This document shows, piece after piece, positions 15,376 through 24,100 of a stretch of 27,519 bases of DNA; the stretch's first letter is position 1, and the number at the start of each line of letters is the position of its first letter. Under the pieces are notes generated by a model that searched no databases, was not told the origin of the DNA, and worked only from the letters and a program-made list of their open reading frames with translations. The position numbers and the translations under genes are program-made. Origin of the DNA: Thermoanaerobaculia bacterium (GTDB lineage Bacteria; Acidobacteriota; Thermoanaerobaculia; UBA5066; Gp7-AA6); contig DASXTN010000312.1 in assembly GCA_036505435.1 (NCBI GenBank), positions 1 to 27,519 of the forward strand. The letters are read 5' to 3'.

Positions 15376-16427
15376 CGCTCTTCTTTTTCCCAAACAAAGG
15401 TTTCGAGCGGACGTCCGTCGGTCGGGCGAAACGACCGCAGGTAGAGCGAGCCCGGCGGAAGGCGCATCGCGATCTCCTCGGGAAGGACGAAGCCTTCGTC
15501 GAGCGGCGATCCCGCGAACGGAAGGACGGAGGGATTTGTCGAGATCGCGGCCCACGCTCCGGAGCGCGCCGCGAGCCGAGGCTTCGCGATCCTGGGAACT
15601 ACAGTCGGTCGGCTGACCCTCGCGGCTCGCTCGAGGAGAGCCCGGCCGAAACGGCCATAGCGACGGCGCCAGTAGAGACGTCGCGATCGGAACCGGCGCT
15701 CCGGCGTCTCGGGACTCGCGGTGGCGCTCGCTCCCCAGAGGTGGTGTATCCGCGCCCTCGGAACGAACCGCAGCGCGAGACCACACCCGCGGACGCGATC
15801 TTCCCACTCCGTCTCCTCGAACTCGAAGGGAAACCGCTCGTCGAAGCGACCGACGCGATCGAACACCTCGCGACGGACGGCGAGGACGGCGCCGGAGAGT
15901 TGGCGCGTCGTCCCCCCGCGGTCCCAGAGCCGGAGCATTTCGCGCGCGAACGACGCGAATCGCTTCTCGGACCGCGAAGGCCACCGGCCGATGGAGAGCT
16001 GTGCGAGATCGGAGAGGAAGCTCGGCGACCAGCCGGCGGGAAGCCGGACATGCTCTTCGGCGTCCCAGAACGCGAGCGGGGCGGCCGCTCCGACCGACGG
16101 ATCGTCGATCGCCTCGAGCAGCGTCCGGACCGCATCGGGATGGAACACCACGTCCGCGTTGCAAACCAGGATCCGGAAGGACCGGGCGCGAGCGAGGCCG
16201 GCGTTGACGCCGCCCGCGTACCCGCGATTCTCCGCGAGCGGAAGGAAGAGATCGGCGCCCCCCCGTTCGAGCGCGTGCGTCTCCGCGAGACCCGAGCCGC
16301 AGTCGACAAGGACGATCTCCCCGACGATTCCTTCGGCGCGAAACGCCCTCCGGAGCGACGCGACGCAGTCGATCGCTTCGCGCGCGCTCAAGTGGCTGAC
16401 GACGACCGCGGAGACCTCGGGCAGCAC
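15372..16427 (-). CDS. Glycosyltransferase family 2 (WbbL-like)
   Basis: VSAVVVSH, IVLVDCGS, ENRGYAGGVNAG, VCNADV, VGRFDERF...EETEW. GTG start at 16427, 1 nt after the upstream TAG. Confidence 0.87.
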   Translation of the reverse strand: MLPEVSAVVVSHLSAREAIDCVASLRRAFRAEGIVGEIVLVDCGSGLAETHALERGGADLFLPLAENRGYAGGVNAGLARARSFRILVCNADVVFHPDAVRTLLEAIDDPSVGAAAPLAFWDAEEHVRLPAGWSPSFLSDLAQLSIGRWPSRSEKRFASFAREMLRLWDRGGTTRQLSGAVLAVRREVFDRVGRFDERFPFEFEETEWEDRVRGCGLALRFVPRARIHHLWGASATASPETPERRFRSRRLYWRRRYGRFGRALLERAARVSRPTVVPRIAKPRLAARSGAWAAISTNPSVLPFAGSPLDEGFVLPEEIAMRLPPGSLYLRSFRPTDGRPLETFVWEKEER

Positions 16428-16428
16428 G

Positions 16429-17442
16429 CTACGCTCGCTCGCCGACCGCGCGGACGAAGGCCGCTTCCAGCCGCTCGGCGACCCGCGTGGCATCGAACCG
16501 TCCGGCGACGGAAGGGCCGTCACGGCGCGCGCGGGCGCGGGCGGTGTCCGACAACAGGTCCGGCAGCCGATCGGCGAGCGCGTTCGGATCTCCGTCGGCG
16601 AAGTACCAGGCGGCCTCCCCGGCGAACTCGCGGTGCCCGGGCGTGTCCGAGAGGAGACACGGCAGCCCACAGGCGAGCGCCTCGAGTGCCGGAAGACCGA
16701 ATCCCTCTTCCGGGCGCGAAGGCCCGATGAAAAGGTCCGACGCGCGGTACGCGTACGGCATCCGGTCGGGCGAAAGGCGGTGATGGTACTCGTCGGTGAG
16801 ACCCCACGACTTCTCCTCGTCACCGGCCGGTAACGGCGAGATGCGGCACAGCCGGAACCGTCCGCCGCGACGGCGCCACGACGCGAGGCCGGCGAACGCG
16901 ATCGAGATGCCCTTCACGTCCGCTTCGTACGGTCCGACGAGGAGAACGACCGGTGGATCCGACGGCGGGCGTTCGGGGCCGGGCGAGAAGCCGTCGGTCT
17001 CGAACGCCTGCCCGACGTTCGTCGCCGGCCCGAACCCCTTCTCTTCGAGCCGCCGGGCGAGTATCTCCGACACCGTGAGCTTTCGTGTCGGTGCGCGGTA
17101 CGCGGCCTCGATCGAGGCTCGCGACGACGCGTAGAAGCTGAAGTCCCCTTCGTATCCCTGGCAGAGATGGAAGACGGGTCCGCTCGCTGCCTCCATCGCG
17201 GGAGCGACCGTCGTCCAGAACGTCGCCACCCGTACGTCGGCGCGAGCGAGCTCGGTCGACTCTCGAAACGCCGACCGCTCGAAACGAGAACGTGCCAGTG
17301 AAAACCAGTCGGGCCGCCCCTCGGGCGAGATGACGGCGACGCGATGGCCCCGCCGCGCGAGCGCCTCCGCCTGGAGAAGGGCTACCTTGACGCCGCCGGA
17401 AAGCGCTGTGGACTCGAGCAAGTACGCGATTCGGAGACTCAT
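16429..17442 (-). CDS. Glycosyltransferase family 4 (WsaF-like motifs)
   Basis: SGGVKVAL...LARRGHRV, DVRVATFWTT, FHLCQGYE, EEGFGLPALEALACG (EX7E). Confidence 0.9.
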   Translation of the reverse strand: MSLRIAYLLESTALSGGVKVALLQAEALARRGHRVAVISPEGRPDWFSLARSRFERSAFRESTELARADVRVATFWTTVAPAMEAASGPVFHLCQGYEGDFSFYASSRASIEAAYRAPTRKLTVSEILARRLEEKGFGPATNVGQAFETDGFSPGPERPPSDPPVVLLVGPYEADVKGISIAFAGLASWRRRGGRFRLCRISPLPAGDEEKSWGLTDEYHHRLSPDRMPYAYRASDLFIGPSRPEEGFGLPALEALACGLPCLLSDTPGHREFAGEAAWYFADGDPNALADRLPDLLSDTARARARRDGPSVAGRFDATRVAERLEAAFVRAVGERA

Positions 17443-17458
17443 GGCCGACCTTGAACCA

Positions 17459-18589
17459 TTACTTCGCCCTTCCCACCGCCACCCACTGGTAAGTCAACAG
17501 GCTCTCTCGATCGAGCTCGGGCCATCCATCCACCAGCCGGAGGAACTCGTCGGTGTCCGGTGCGGCGGCTCCCGGCAGCGATTCGATCGCGGTCATCCAC
17601 CAGCCCGCTTCTTGGAGCCACTCCTCGAGCGACCTCCGAGTGAACCATCGGAGGTGACCGGCATCGGCAAGGCCGGCAGGAACCGGGTCGAATCGACCGC
17701 GGAGGAGATCACGGACGATCGAGAGATGGCCGACGTTCGGAACGCTCGCGACGAGCGTCGCCCCGGAGAGAGCGAGCTGCCGAGCGAGAACGAGGGCTCG
17801 AATCGGGTCTTCGAGATGTTCGAGCACGTCTGCAAAGAGGAACGCGTCGAAGCGCTCACCGGCGTCGGCGAGTTCGGAGAGTCGCGCGATGGCGTCGCCT
17901 TCGAGCACTCGGTCGAGACGGTCTCGCGCGAGCTCGGCGGCGCCCGGTTCCCTCTCGATTCCAGTGACCGAAAGATCGGGATGGGAGCGGCAGAGAGCAG
18001 CGGATGCGACACCCGAGCTGCAGCCGACGTCGAGGAGCCGACGGATCCCGGGAGGGAAATGGCGGATCACCTCGACTCGCTCCGCTCCGCAGTCGTCGAA
18101 CGCGACGGCCGCGAACTGCGGCGGGAAATCACCCGGAGTCCCCGGCGAAAGAAGCCGTCCGAGGTAAGCGGCGATCGACTCGTCGTCGCGCGGCGGAAAG
18201 TCGGAGACCGTAAAAGCGAGAGCGGGGCTGTCCTGCGGACGGGGTGGGGTGCTCTCTTCGGGGGAAAAGGTCGCGCGCTGGAACTCGGACAGTGTATGGA
18301 CGCCCGGGAGGGCGTCCGGTGAGCGGACTGAGGCGAAAGAGACGCATCCTGCGGCGAGCGGCAGAATCTCCTCGCCCGGGAGAGGCAGCGCGATCTCGTC
18401 GCGCACGACGATCCAGCTCTCCCCGGAGGAGAACGTTGCCGCCGCCGGGCGGTCCGGAAAGAGCTCTGCGAGCTGGCGCATGGGAAACCGTCTCTTCCAT
18501 CGCTGACGCGACAGAAGGCGGAGATAGTCGGGCGCGCTCCCTCCCTCCTCCCGCGAGAGGAACCCGATTCTTCCGACGGCTCGGTTCAA
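17459..18589 (-). CDS. Class I SAM-dependent methyltransferase with an uncharacterised N-terminal domain
   Basis: LLDVGCSSG (motif I), VTGIERE, FDAFLFADVLEHLEDP, LVASVPN. TTG start overlaps the wzt stop (TTGA). Confidence 0.85.
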   Translation of the reverse strand: MNRAVGRIGFLSREEGGSAPDYLRLLSRQRWKRRFPMRQLAELFPDRPAAATFSSGESWIVVRDEIALPLPGEEILPLAAGCVSFASVRSPDALPGVHTLSEFQRATFSPEESTPPRPQDSPALAFTVSDFPPRDDESIAAYLGRLLSPGTPGDFPPQFAAVAFDDCGAERVEVIRHFPPGIRRLLDVGCSSGVASAALCRSHPDLSVTGIEREPGAAELARDRLDRVLEGDAIARLSELADAGERFDAFLFADVLEHLEDPIRALVLARQLALSGATLVASVPNVGHLSIVRDLLRGRFDPVPAGLADAGHLRWFTRRSLEEWLQEAGWWMTAIESLPGAAAPDTDEFLRLVDGWPELDRESLLTYQWVAVGRAK

Positions 18590-19842
18590 GAAGATGCGGC
18601 CGAGGAGCCGGCGGTCATGGGAAGGGGCTCCTCGGCGCTTCCTTCGGTGACCGTCCAGAAGTGATGCGGCTTCACGAGCCCCACGGTGTAGTCGGGTGCC
18701 GCCACGGTGAATCCGGGCCGCAGAACCTTCAAATCGTGGAGGTGGAGGGCCGTCTCGTCCCCCAGAAACGCGTAGAGCCGGAACTCACCTTGCGCGATCG
18801 GCAGGTGTGGAAATACGAGGCGCAGGCGGTAGCTGTGGCGTCCCGTGAGCGGAGCGAAGGGCTCGGCTCGGGTATCCACCGCGAAGGCTTGCACCCCGTC
18901 TTCGCGGTCGGCGCCGACGCGCACGTGAAACGCGAGGCTCGGGTCGTCAGTCTCGAACGCGAGATCCACCGCGACGGTCTCGCCGGCTCCGAACTCGGCG
19001 CGGGCAAACCCGGACCCGTCGTGAACGACGACTTCCGTGAACCGCGCCGGACGCCGCCCTTCCGTCGCTGAAACCGTCTCCGCTTTTTCCGTCGACGAGC
19101 GCTCTCGCTCCTTCTGCTGGAGGAACGACTCGTATGCCCGCACGACGGTCAGGGCCGGACCAGCCGCGGCGACTTCCCCCTGCTTCAACCAGATTGCCCG
19201 GTCGCAAAGGAGCGCGACGTAGTACAGGGCATGCGAACAGAAGAGGAGGGTCCCGCCCCGCTTCTGAAACTCGGTGATCCGATCGATCGACTTCTTCTGA
19301 AAGTAACCGTCTCCGACCGAGAGCGCCTCGTCCACGATCAGAACGTCCGCGCTCGCATGCGTCGCGACGGCGAACGCGAGCCGCAGCGCCATGCCGGAGG
19401 AGTAGGTTCGGACCGGTCGGTCGAAGAAGTCACCGAGCTCCGCGAAGTCCTGGATCTCCGGCAGACGTTCTCGAATCTCCGTGCCCGAGAGGCCGAGCAG
19501 CGCCGCGTTCATCCGCGCGTTCTCGCGTCCGGTGAACTCGGGATGGAATCCCATTCCGAGCTCGAGGATCGAAGCCACGACGCCGTGACGCTCGACAGTC
19601 CCGGAGGTCGGCTGGGTCGTCCCGGCGATGATCTTCAGGAGCGTGGACTTGCCCGCTCCGTTCTCCCCGATGAGACCCAGAGCGCGCCCGGCCGGCAAAT
19701 CGAGCGAGACGTTCCTCAGTGCGTGGAAAGCGCGATGTTGCGGCGAGCGGAAGAGGAGCTCCCGAAGGCGGTCGAACGGCCGGTCGTACAGCCGGTAAAC
19801 CTTCGAGACCGACTCCGCACGCACCGCCAGGCGGCCCGTCAC
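18586..19842 (-). CDS. wzt: Polysaccharide ABC exporter ATP-binding subunit with C-terminal Wzt-C carbohydrate-binding domain
   Basis: GLIGENGAGKSTLL, LGMGFHPEFTGREN, YSSGMALRLAFAVA, LIVDEALSVGD, plus a ~140-aa C-terminal beta domain. GTG start at 19842 after SD GGAGGGAG. Confidence 0.93.
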   Translation of the reverse strand: MTGRLAVRAESVSKVYRLYDRPFDRLRELLFRSPQHRAFHALRNVSLDLPAGRALGLIGENGAGKSTLLKIIAGTTQPTSGTVERHGVVASILELGMGFHPEFTGRENARMNAALLGLSGTEIRERLPEIQDFAELGDFFDRPVRTYSSGMALRLAFAVATHASADVLIVDEALSVGDGYFQKKSIDRITEFQKRGGTLLFCSHALYYVALLCDRAIWLKQGEVAAAGPALTVVRAYESFLQQKERERSSTEKAETVSATEGRRPARFTEVVVHDGSGFARAEFGAGETVAVDLAFETDDPSLAFHVRVGADREDGVQAFAVDTRAEPFAPLTGRHSYRLRLVFPHLPIAQGEFRLYAFLGDETALHLHDLKVLRPGFTVAAPDYTVGLVKPHHFWTVTEGSAEEPLPMTAGSSAASS

Positions 19843-19861
19843 AGGCTCTCCCTCCGACGCG

Positions 19862-20992
19862 TCACCGTCCGAGCGCGAATTCGCATCGCCGGCAGAGGAA
19901 GTCGTCGGGCGCCTCCTCGACGCCATAGGTCCACCTCCGCAGCCGGGCCATCGCGTCGCCGCCCAGCACTTCGGCGACCGTTTGAGTTTTCAGGTCGCCG
20001 ATCGTGAGCTTCTCGTAGTAATCCTGGCAGCACAGCACCGCCTTTGCGGTCGCGGTGACGTGGAGGTGTTCGAAGGGGCGCGAGCCCATGAGCTCGCAGC
20101 CGCGCAGCTCCTTCACGGGCGGTGGCTCCGGCACGAATGTCCCGCTCGCCGGCCGACTGCGTATCCGGAACGACTTGACCTCCCAGCCCTTCGGTTCGAA
20201 GCGTTCGCGAATCTCGCGAACGTCTCTCCGGTGCGCTTCGTCGTTGTCGCCGAGGACGACGATCGCCGTTTCCTCCGCGATCTGACGGGCATGCAGAGCG
20301 TCGATGTTGGCGAGAACTCGCGTGAGGTCGCGGGTGCCGTGCATCCGCTCGTAGCGCGCGGGATCGAGCGTGGGGAGGTTCACTCCGATGTACCGGAATC
20401 GGCCCGCGTGAGCGAGCCGGTCCGCTCGGTCGGAACCGAAGTGAGACGCGTTGGTGAGCAACGAGACCGGCAGGCCGCGCGCGAACAGGGCAAGACAGCG
20501 CTCCTCGAACAGGGGGTCGATCGTCGGCTCGTTGTAATTCGACAGGAACACGACGACTCCTCGCGCGCCGATCGCAACCACCTGGTCGGCGATCGACTCG
20601 AAGAGCTCCTGGCTCATGACCTCCCTCTCGCGCGGATCGACCGACACCGGGCAGAACGGGCAACGGTGGTTGCAGCTCGTGCACGTTTCGAGCGAGACGA
20701 ACAGCAGGTGCGACCGGCGCGTCTCGGCGTCGAGGTCCTCGACCAAGAACCGGGCGGCGCGGAGGTGCTCGAGAACTTCCGGCTCGGCGTGGGCGGGAAG
20801 ACCCTGCCGGATGCGCGCGAGCGCTTCGAAGGCGGGGCCGTCCTTACCGAGCGACTCGCCCGTCGTCGGGTTATACAAAACGGAGCCCCGGTCGTGGAGG
20901 TAGGGCGAAACCGTCCCCCTGTCCACGAGCGTCGACGCGGTCTCTCCGCCCTGTACCGCGATCGGACTCATCGATCCTTGCGTCTCCTTCAT
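19862..20992 (-). CDS. Radical SAM protein with twitch/SPASM-type C-terminus and an RRE-like N-terminal extension
   Basis: CNHRCPFC (CX3CX2C), YNEPTIDP, LLTNAS, and C-terminal CELM...LCCQDY...IGDL...CRRC. Start uncertain (ATG 20992 or ATG 20971). Confidence 0.9.
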   Translation of the reverse strand: MKETQGSMSPIAVQGGETASTLVDRGTVSPYLHDRGSVLYNPTTGESLGKDGPAFEALARIRQGLPAHAEPEVLEHLRAARFLVEDLDAETRRSHLLFVSLETCTSCNHRCPFCPVSVDPREREVMSQELFESIADQVVAIGARGVVVFLSNYNEPTIDPLFEERCLALFARGLPVSLLTNASHFGSDRADRLAHAGRFRYIGVNLPTLDPARYERMHGTRDLTRVLANIDALHARQIAEETAIVVLGDNDEAHRRDVREIRERFEPKGWEVKSFRIRSRPASGTFVPEPPPVKELRGCELMGSRPFEHLHVTATAKAVLCCQDYYEKLTIGDLKTQTVAEVLGGDAMARLRRWTYGVEEAPDDFLCRRCEFALGR

Positions 20993-21087
20993 CGATCCGA
21001 TTCGCAAGCGGCCATTCTACTGGGGTTCTACGCGTCGGCCGCCAGGAACGTCGTCCAGCTCCGGCGTCTCACGCCTTCCTTCTCATT

Positions 21088-21119
21088 CAATGAAGAAGGC
21101 CCGGTGACCCGGGCCTTCT
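21088..21119 (-). terminator. Intrinsic terminator after the large secreted protein
   Basis: 11-bp stem AGAAGGCCCGG/CCGGGCCTTCT (21094-21104/21109-21119), 4-nt loop, U-rich tail on the minus strand. Confidence 0.75.
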
Positions 21120-21142
21120 CGCAGACTCACGAAGAGCGAAAC

Positions 21143-24100
21143 CTAGTAGATCAGATGCGTCGGACGCCCCTTCACGAAAACTGTATCGGAGCTGATCTGG
21201 TCGACCGTGACTACGTAGGCGCCGATCCGGCTGCCGGAGAGAACCTCGACTCGGATCGTCATGGGCTCGCCGACGATGCCCGGAACCGCCGCCATGGGGA
21301 GCTGCGCATAGTGGCCCGATCGTCCGGGATCATTCAGAACGAAGTCGAAAGCGCCGGCGGTCGAGCCGTCCTGCTTGACCGCGGTCACCCGAACCGGCGT
21401 CGGCAGATCACCCATCGCGAAGAAGCCGATGTTCGTCCGGAAGCGCAGGTTCTGCTGCGCACCGGGGAGAACCAGCGGGCTACCCGGCGCCACGCTCTCG
21501 GCGCCCGAATAGGCGAACAGCTGCATTCCGGCTGTTCCCGCCGAGCCGCGGTCGTCGTAGATCCGGCCGCCGATCAGGAGTGGTGCGGTCGAGTCGCTTG
21601 CGGCCCGGTATGAGATCCGCAGGACACCCTGCGTCGACTCTTGCTTGAGGTTCGCCGGTGTGTAGCCGTCGAGCACGCTTCCGACGACGTCGTCCAGGAC
21701 CATGGAACGTCCCGATCCGATCGTCACCGGTGCGAGAACTCGCTGCTCGACTCCGTTGCTGTCGGTGTAGCGATATTCGAACGTGAGATCGCGTGGAAGA
21801 GTGCTGTTGCTGTACAGAGTGAGATCCGTCTTCCAGTGCGGCCCGTCCGTAACGTCGTCGCGGCCGATGCGGCCGACGCCGGGGATGAAGTACTCGATCA
21901 CGGAATCGGCCGCCGCCGTGATGCGCGGCGTGTCATCGGAGACCTGAACGAGATCGTTGTTCCGCCGGTCGAGCGCCGACGCGGCGGCGATCAGCGAGCC
22001 CGTTCCCGAGACCGGAGACGCTTTGAGCACGTACCGCTTGTTCGAGTCATCGAGCCCGAGCTCGGCTGCCTGAAGGAGCGCCTGCTGGAAGGCTCCGATC
22101 GGAAACTCGCGGGTTAAGGTGGGCGAGCCGGTCGCGTCGAGCAGCGGGATCTGCGCGCCGTCCTCGCCGTAGGCGGTCAAGCGGAAGAACCCGGCTTCTC
22201 CGGACGCATTGAAGAGAGAGACGTTGAACCGGTAGCTCGCGTCGTTGCGCAGACCGACCAAGGTCTGCTCGGTGACGACCTCCGCCGCCTGGGTCGTCGT
22301 GCCGTAGGGGCCGACCTTGAACGTCGGGAGCGAGGATCCGTACGAGCGGCCGCGCTGGGTGAAGTAGACGGTCGCGGTCGCGATTGGGTCGGCGTCGCCC
22401 CCGTCGTATTTCAAGATGAGAACTCCGCGACCGTCCTTCCCGAGGCGCGCTTTGATGACGTCGTCCGCCGACCAGGACTGACCGGCCGCGAGGGCGACGC
22501 TGTTGACGGAGTTGAACACGATCTGCGAGAGGTCCGACGGGAAGGTCGTCCCGAACGGCTCGTAATACAGAGTGACCGTCATGGGTTGAGTGCCCGGATT
22601 CGTGACGGAGAGATCCGTCGCCCAGGTGCCGTCCGTCGACGGCGCAACAGGATCGATGTGACCGGCTCCCGGGATCATCAGCGCCTGGAATCGCGGTTGC
22701 TGAACCAGTACCTGGATGTTCGCCGAGGTCACTCCGCTGGTCGCGGTGCCGCCTCCCGTGACGGTCAAGACAACCGTCTTGGCCCCCGGCGAGGTGAACG
22801 TAAACGTAGCGGGATTGGTCGTTACAGGACCCGCGGGGCTTGCCCCGCCCGGGGAAACGGCCCAGGAGAATGTCGCGGCGGGATCGGTCTCCGTCGCCGT
22901 GAATGTGACCGGGCGGCCGGCCTCGACTTCGTACTGCCCGTTGAACTGATTTCGCGTTGCGCCGCTGACCGTATAACCGCCCGACGGGCGTGGCGGACCG
23001 CTTTGAACGATGGTGATCGAGGCCGAAGCGGTCGCTGGCGTTCCCGCCGTGTCGATCGCGCGGACCCCGACGATGAATGTTCCCGCCGTCGTGTACGTAT
23101 GCGTCGCCGTCGCGTTGTCCGGCGTATAGGAACTGCCGATCTGGAGCGCGTTGAAGTCCCAGTTCCAGCCGTAGGTGTACGGCGCGGTTCCGCCGCTCGC
23201 CGTCGCCGTGCAGGTCACGGCCGCGCCGGTCGATCCCTGCGCCGGGCAGCTCACCGAGACGGTGGGCGAACCTCCGCCGCCGCCGGGAGGAGGCGGGGGA
23301 GGCGGAGGCGGAGGGGGCGGCGGCGAGGAGCCCGTGATCGTGATGTTCGCGCTCGCGTAACCCCACGGCGCGCTGGGATCGTTTCTGCCGCGGACGGAGA
23401 TCTGGAAACTCTGACTACTCGAGTACGCGTGAGTGTTCGTTGCGGGACCTGCAGCGTAGAGCGGGCTGCAGAACGGACAATCGCCCCAATTCCACTCGTA
23501 GCTCGTGCCGGCGTTTCCGCCGGACACGGTGAACGTCACCTGGCTTCCCGCGGATGCGCTTGTCGGGCCGCTCAACGTCAGAAGCAGCTGATCGCTCACC
23601 GTGAACGGCTTGGTGACCGTCAGAGGCGTCTGCGAGGTTCCGCTGACGGAGTAGTTGTAGCGAAGGTGAACGTAGTAGGCCCCCGGCGTGGCAGGAGCCG
23701 TCAAGCCGGCCGATCCGCCAACGGACAGGAATCCCGAGCCGAGCGAGCCCGCATAGGCGCTCGGGTCGGTCGAGCTGTTGTCGATCGCATAGTCCACCGA
23801 CGTCAAAGTCGCAGCGGGGGCGATCTGCATGGAATTGGTGATCGTGAAGTTCGTCGCCTTGACAACGGAACTCGGCAGCTGAAAGTTGGGCACGAGGTTG
23901 ACCTGCTGGATCGTGCCGCTGATCACCGGAGCGGCGTAACCGCCCAGGTACTGGACCGTCAGGCGAAAGCTTCTCGCCGCGGTCGGCACAGTGGGCTGGG
24001 TACCCTGCGGGGTCCCGACGTTGTTGTTGGCGGAATCGAAGAACTGCCAGTTGAAAGATGCGTCGGCGACGTTCCCTTGTGAGCCGCTCGCGTCCGCCTG

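Noticed and set aside
20968-20998. 10-bp direct repeat TCATCGATCC at both candidate radical SAM start codons
   Set aside because: Explains the start ambiguity but has only two copies and no sign of a mobile-element target duplication.
21028-21072. 14-aa minus-strand ORF (MRRRSWTTFLAADA) as RiPP precursor for the radical SAM enzyme
   Set aside because: Too short for leader plus core, squeezed between a terminator and the likely -10 of the radical SAM gene, with no independent promoter. Worth revisiting only if conserved.
23270-23323. G-quadruplex or contingency repeat in the G-rich plus strand
   Set aside because: Fully explained by Pro codons on the minus strand; mixed codons break any slippage-prone unit.
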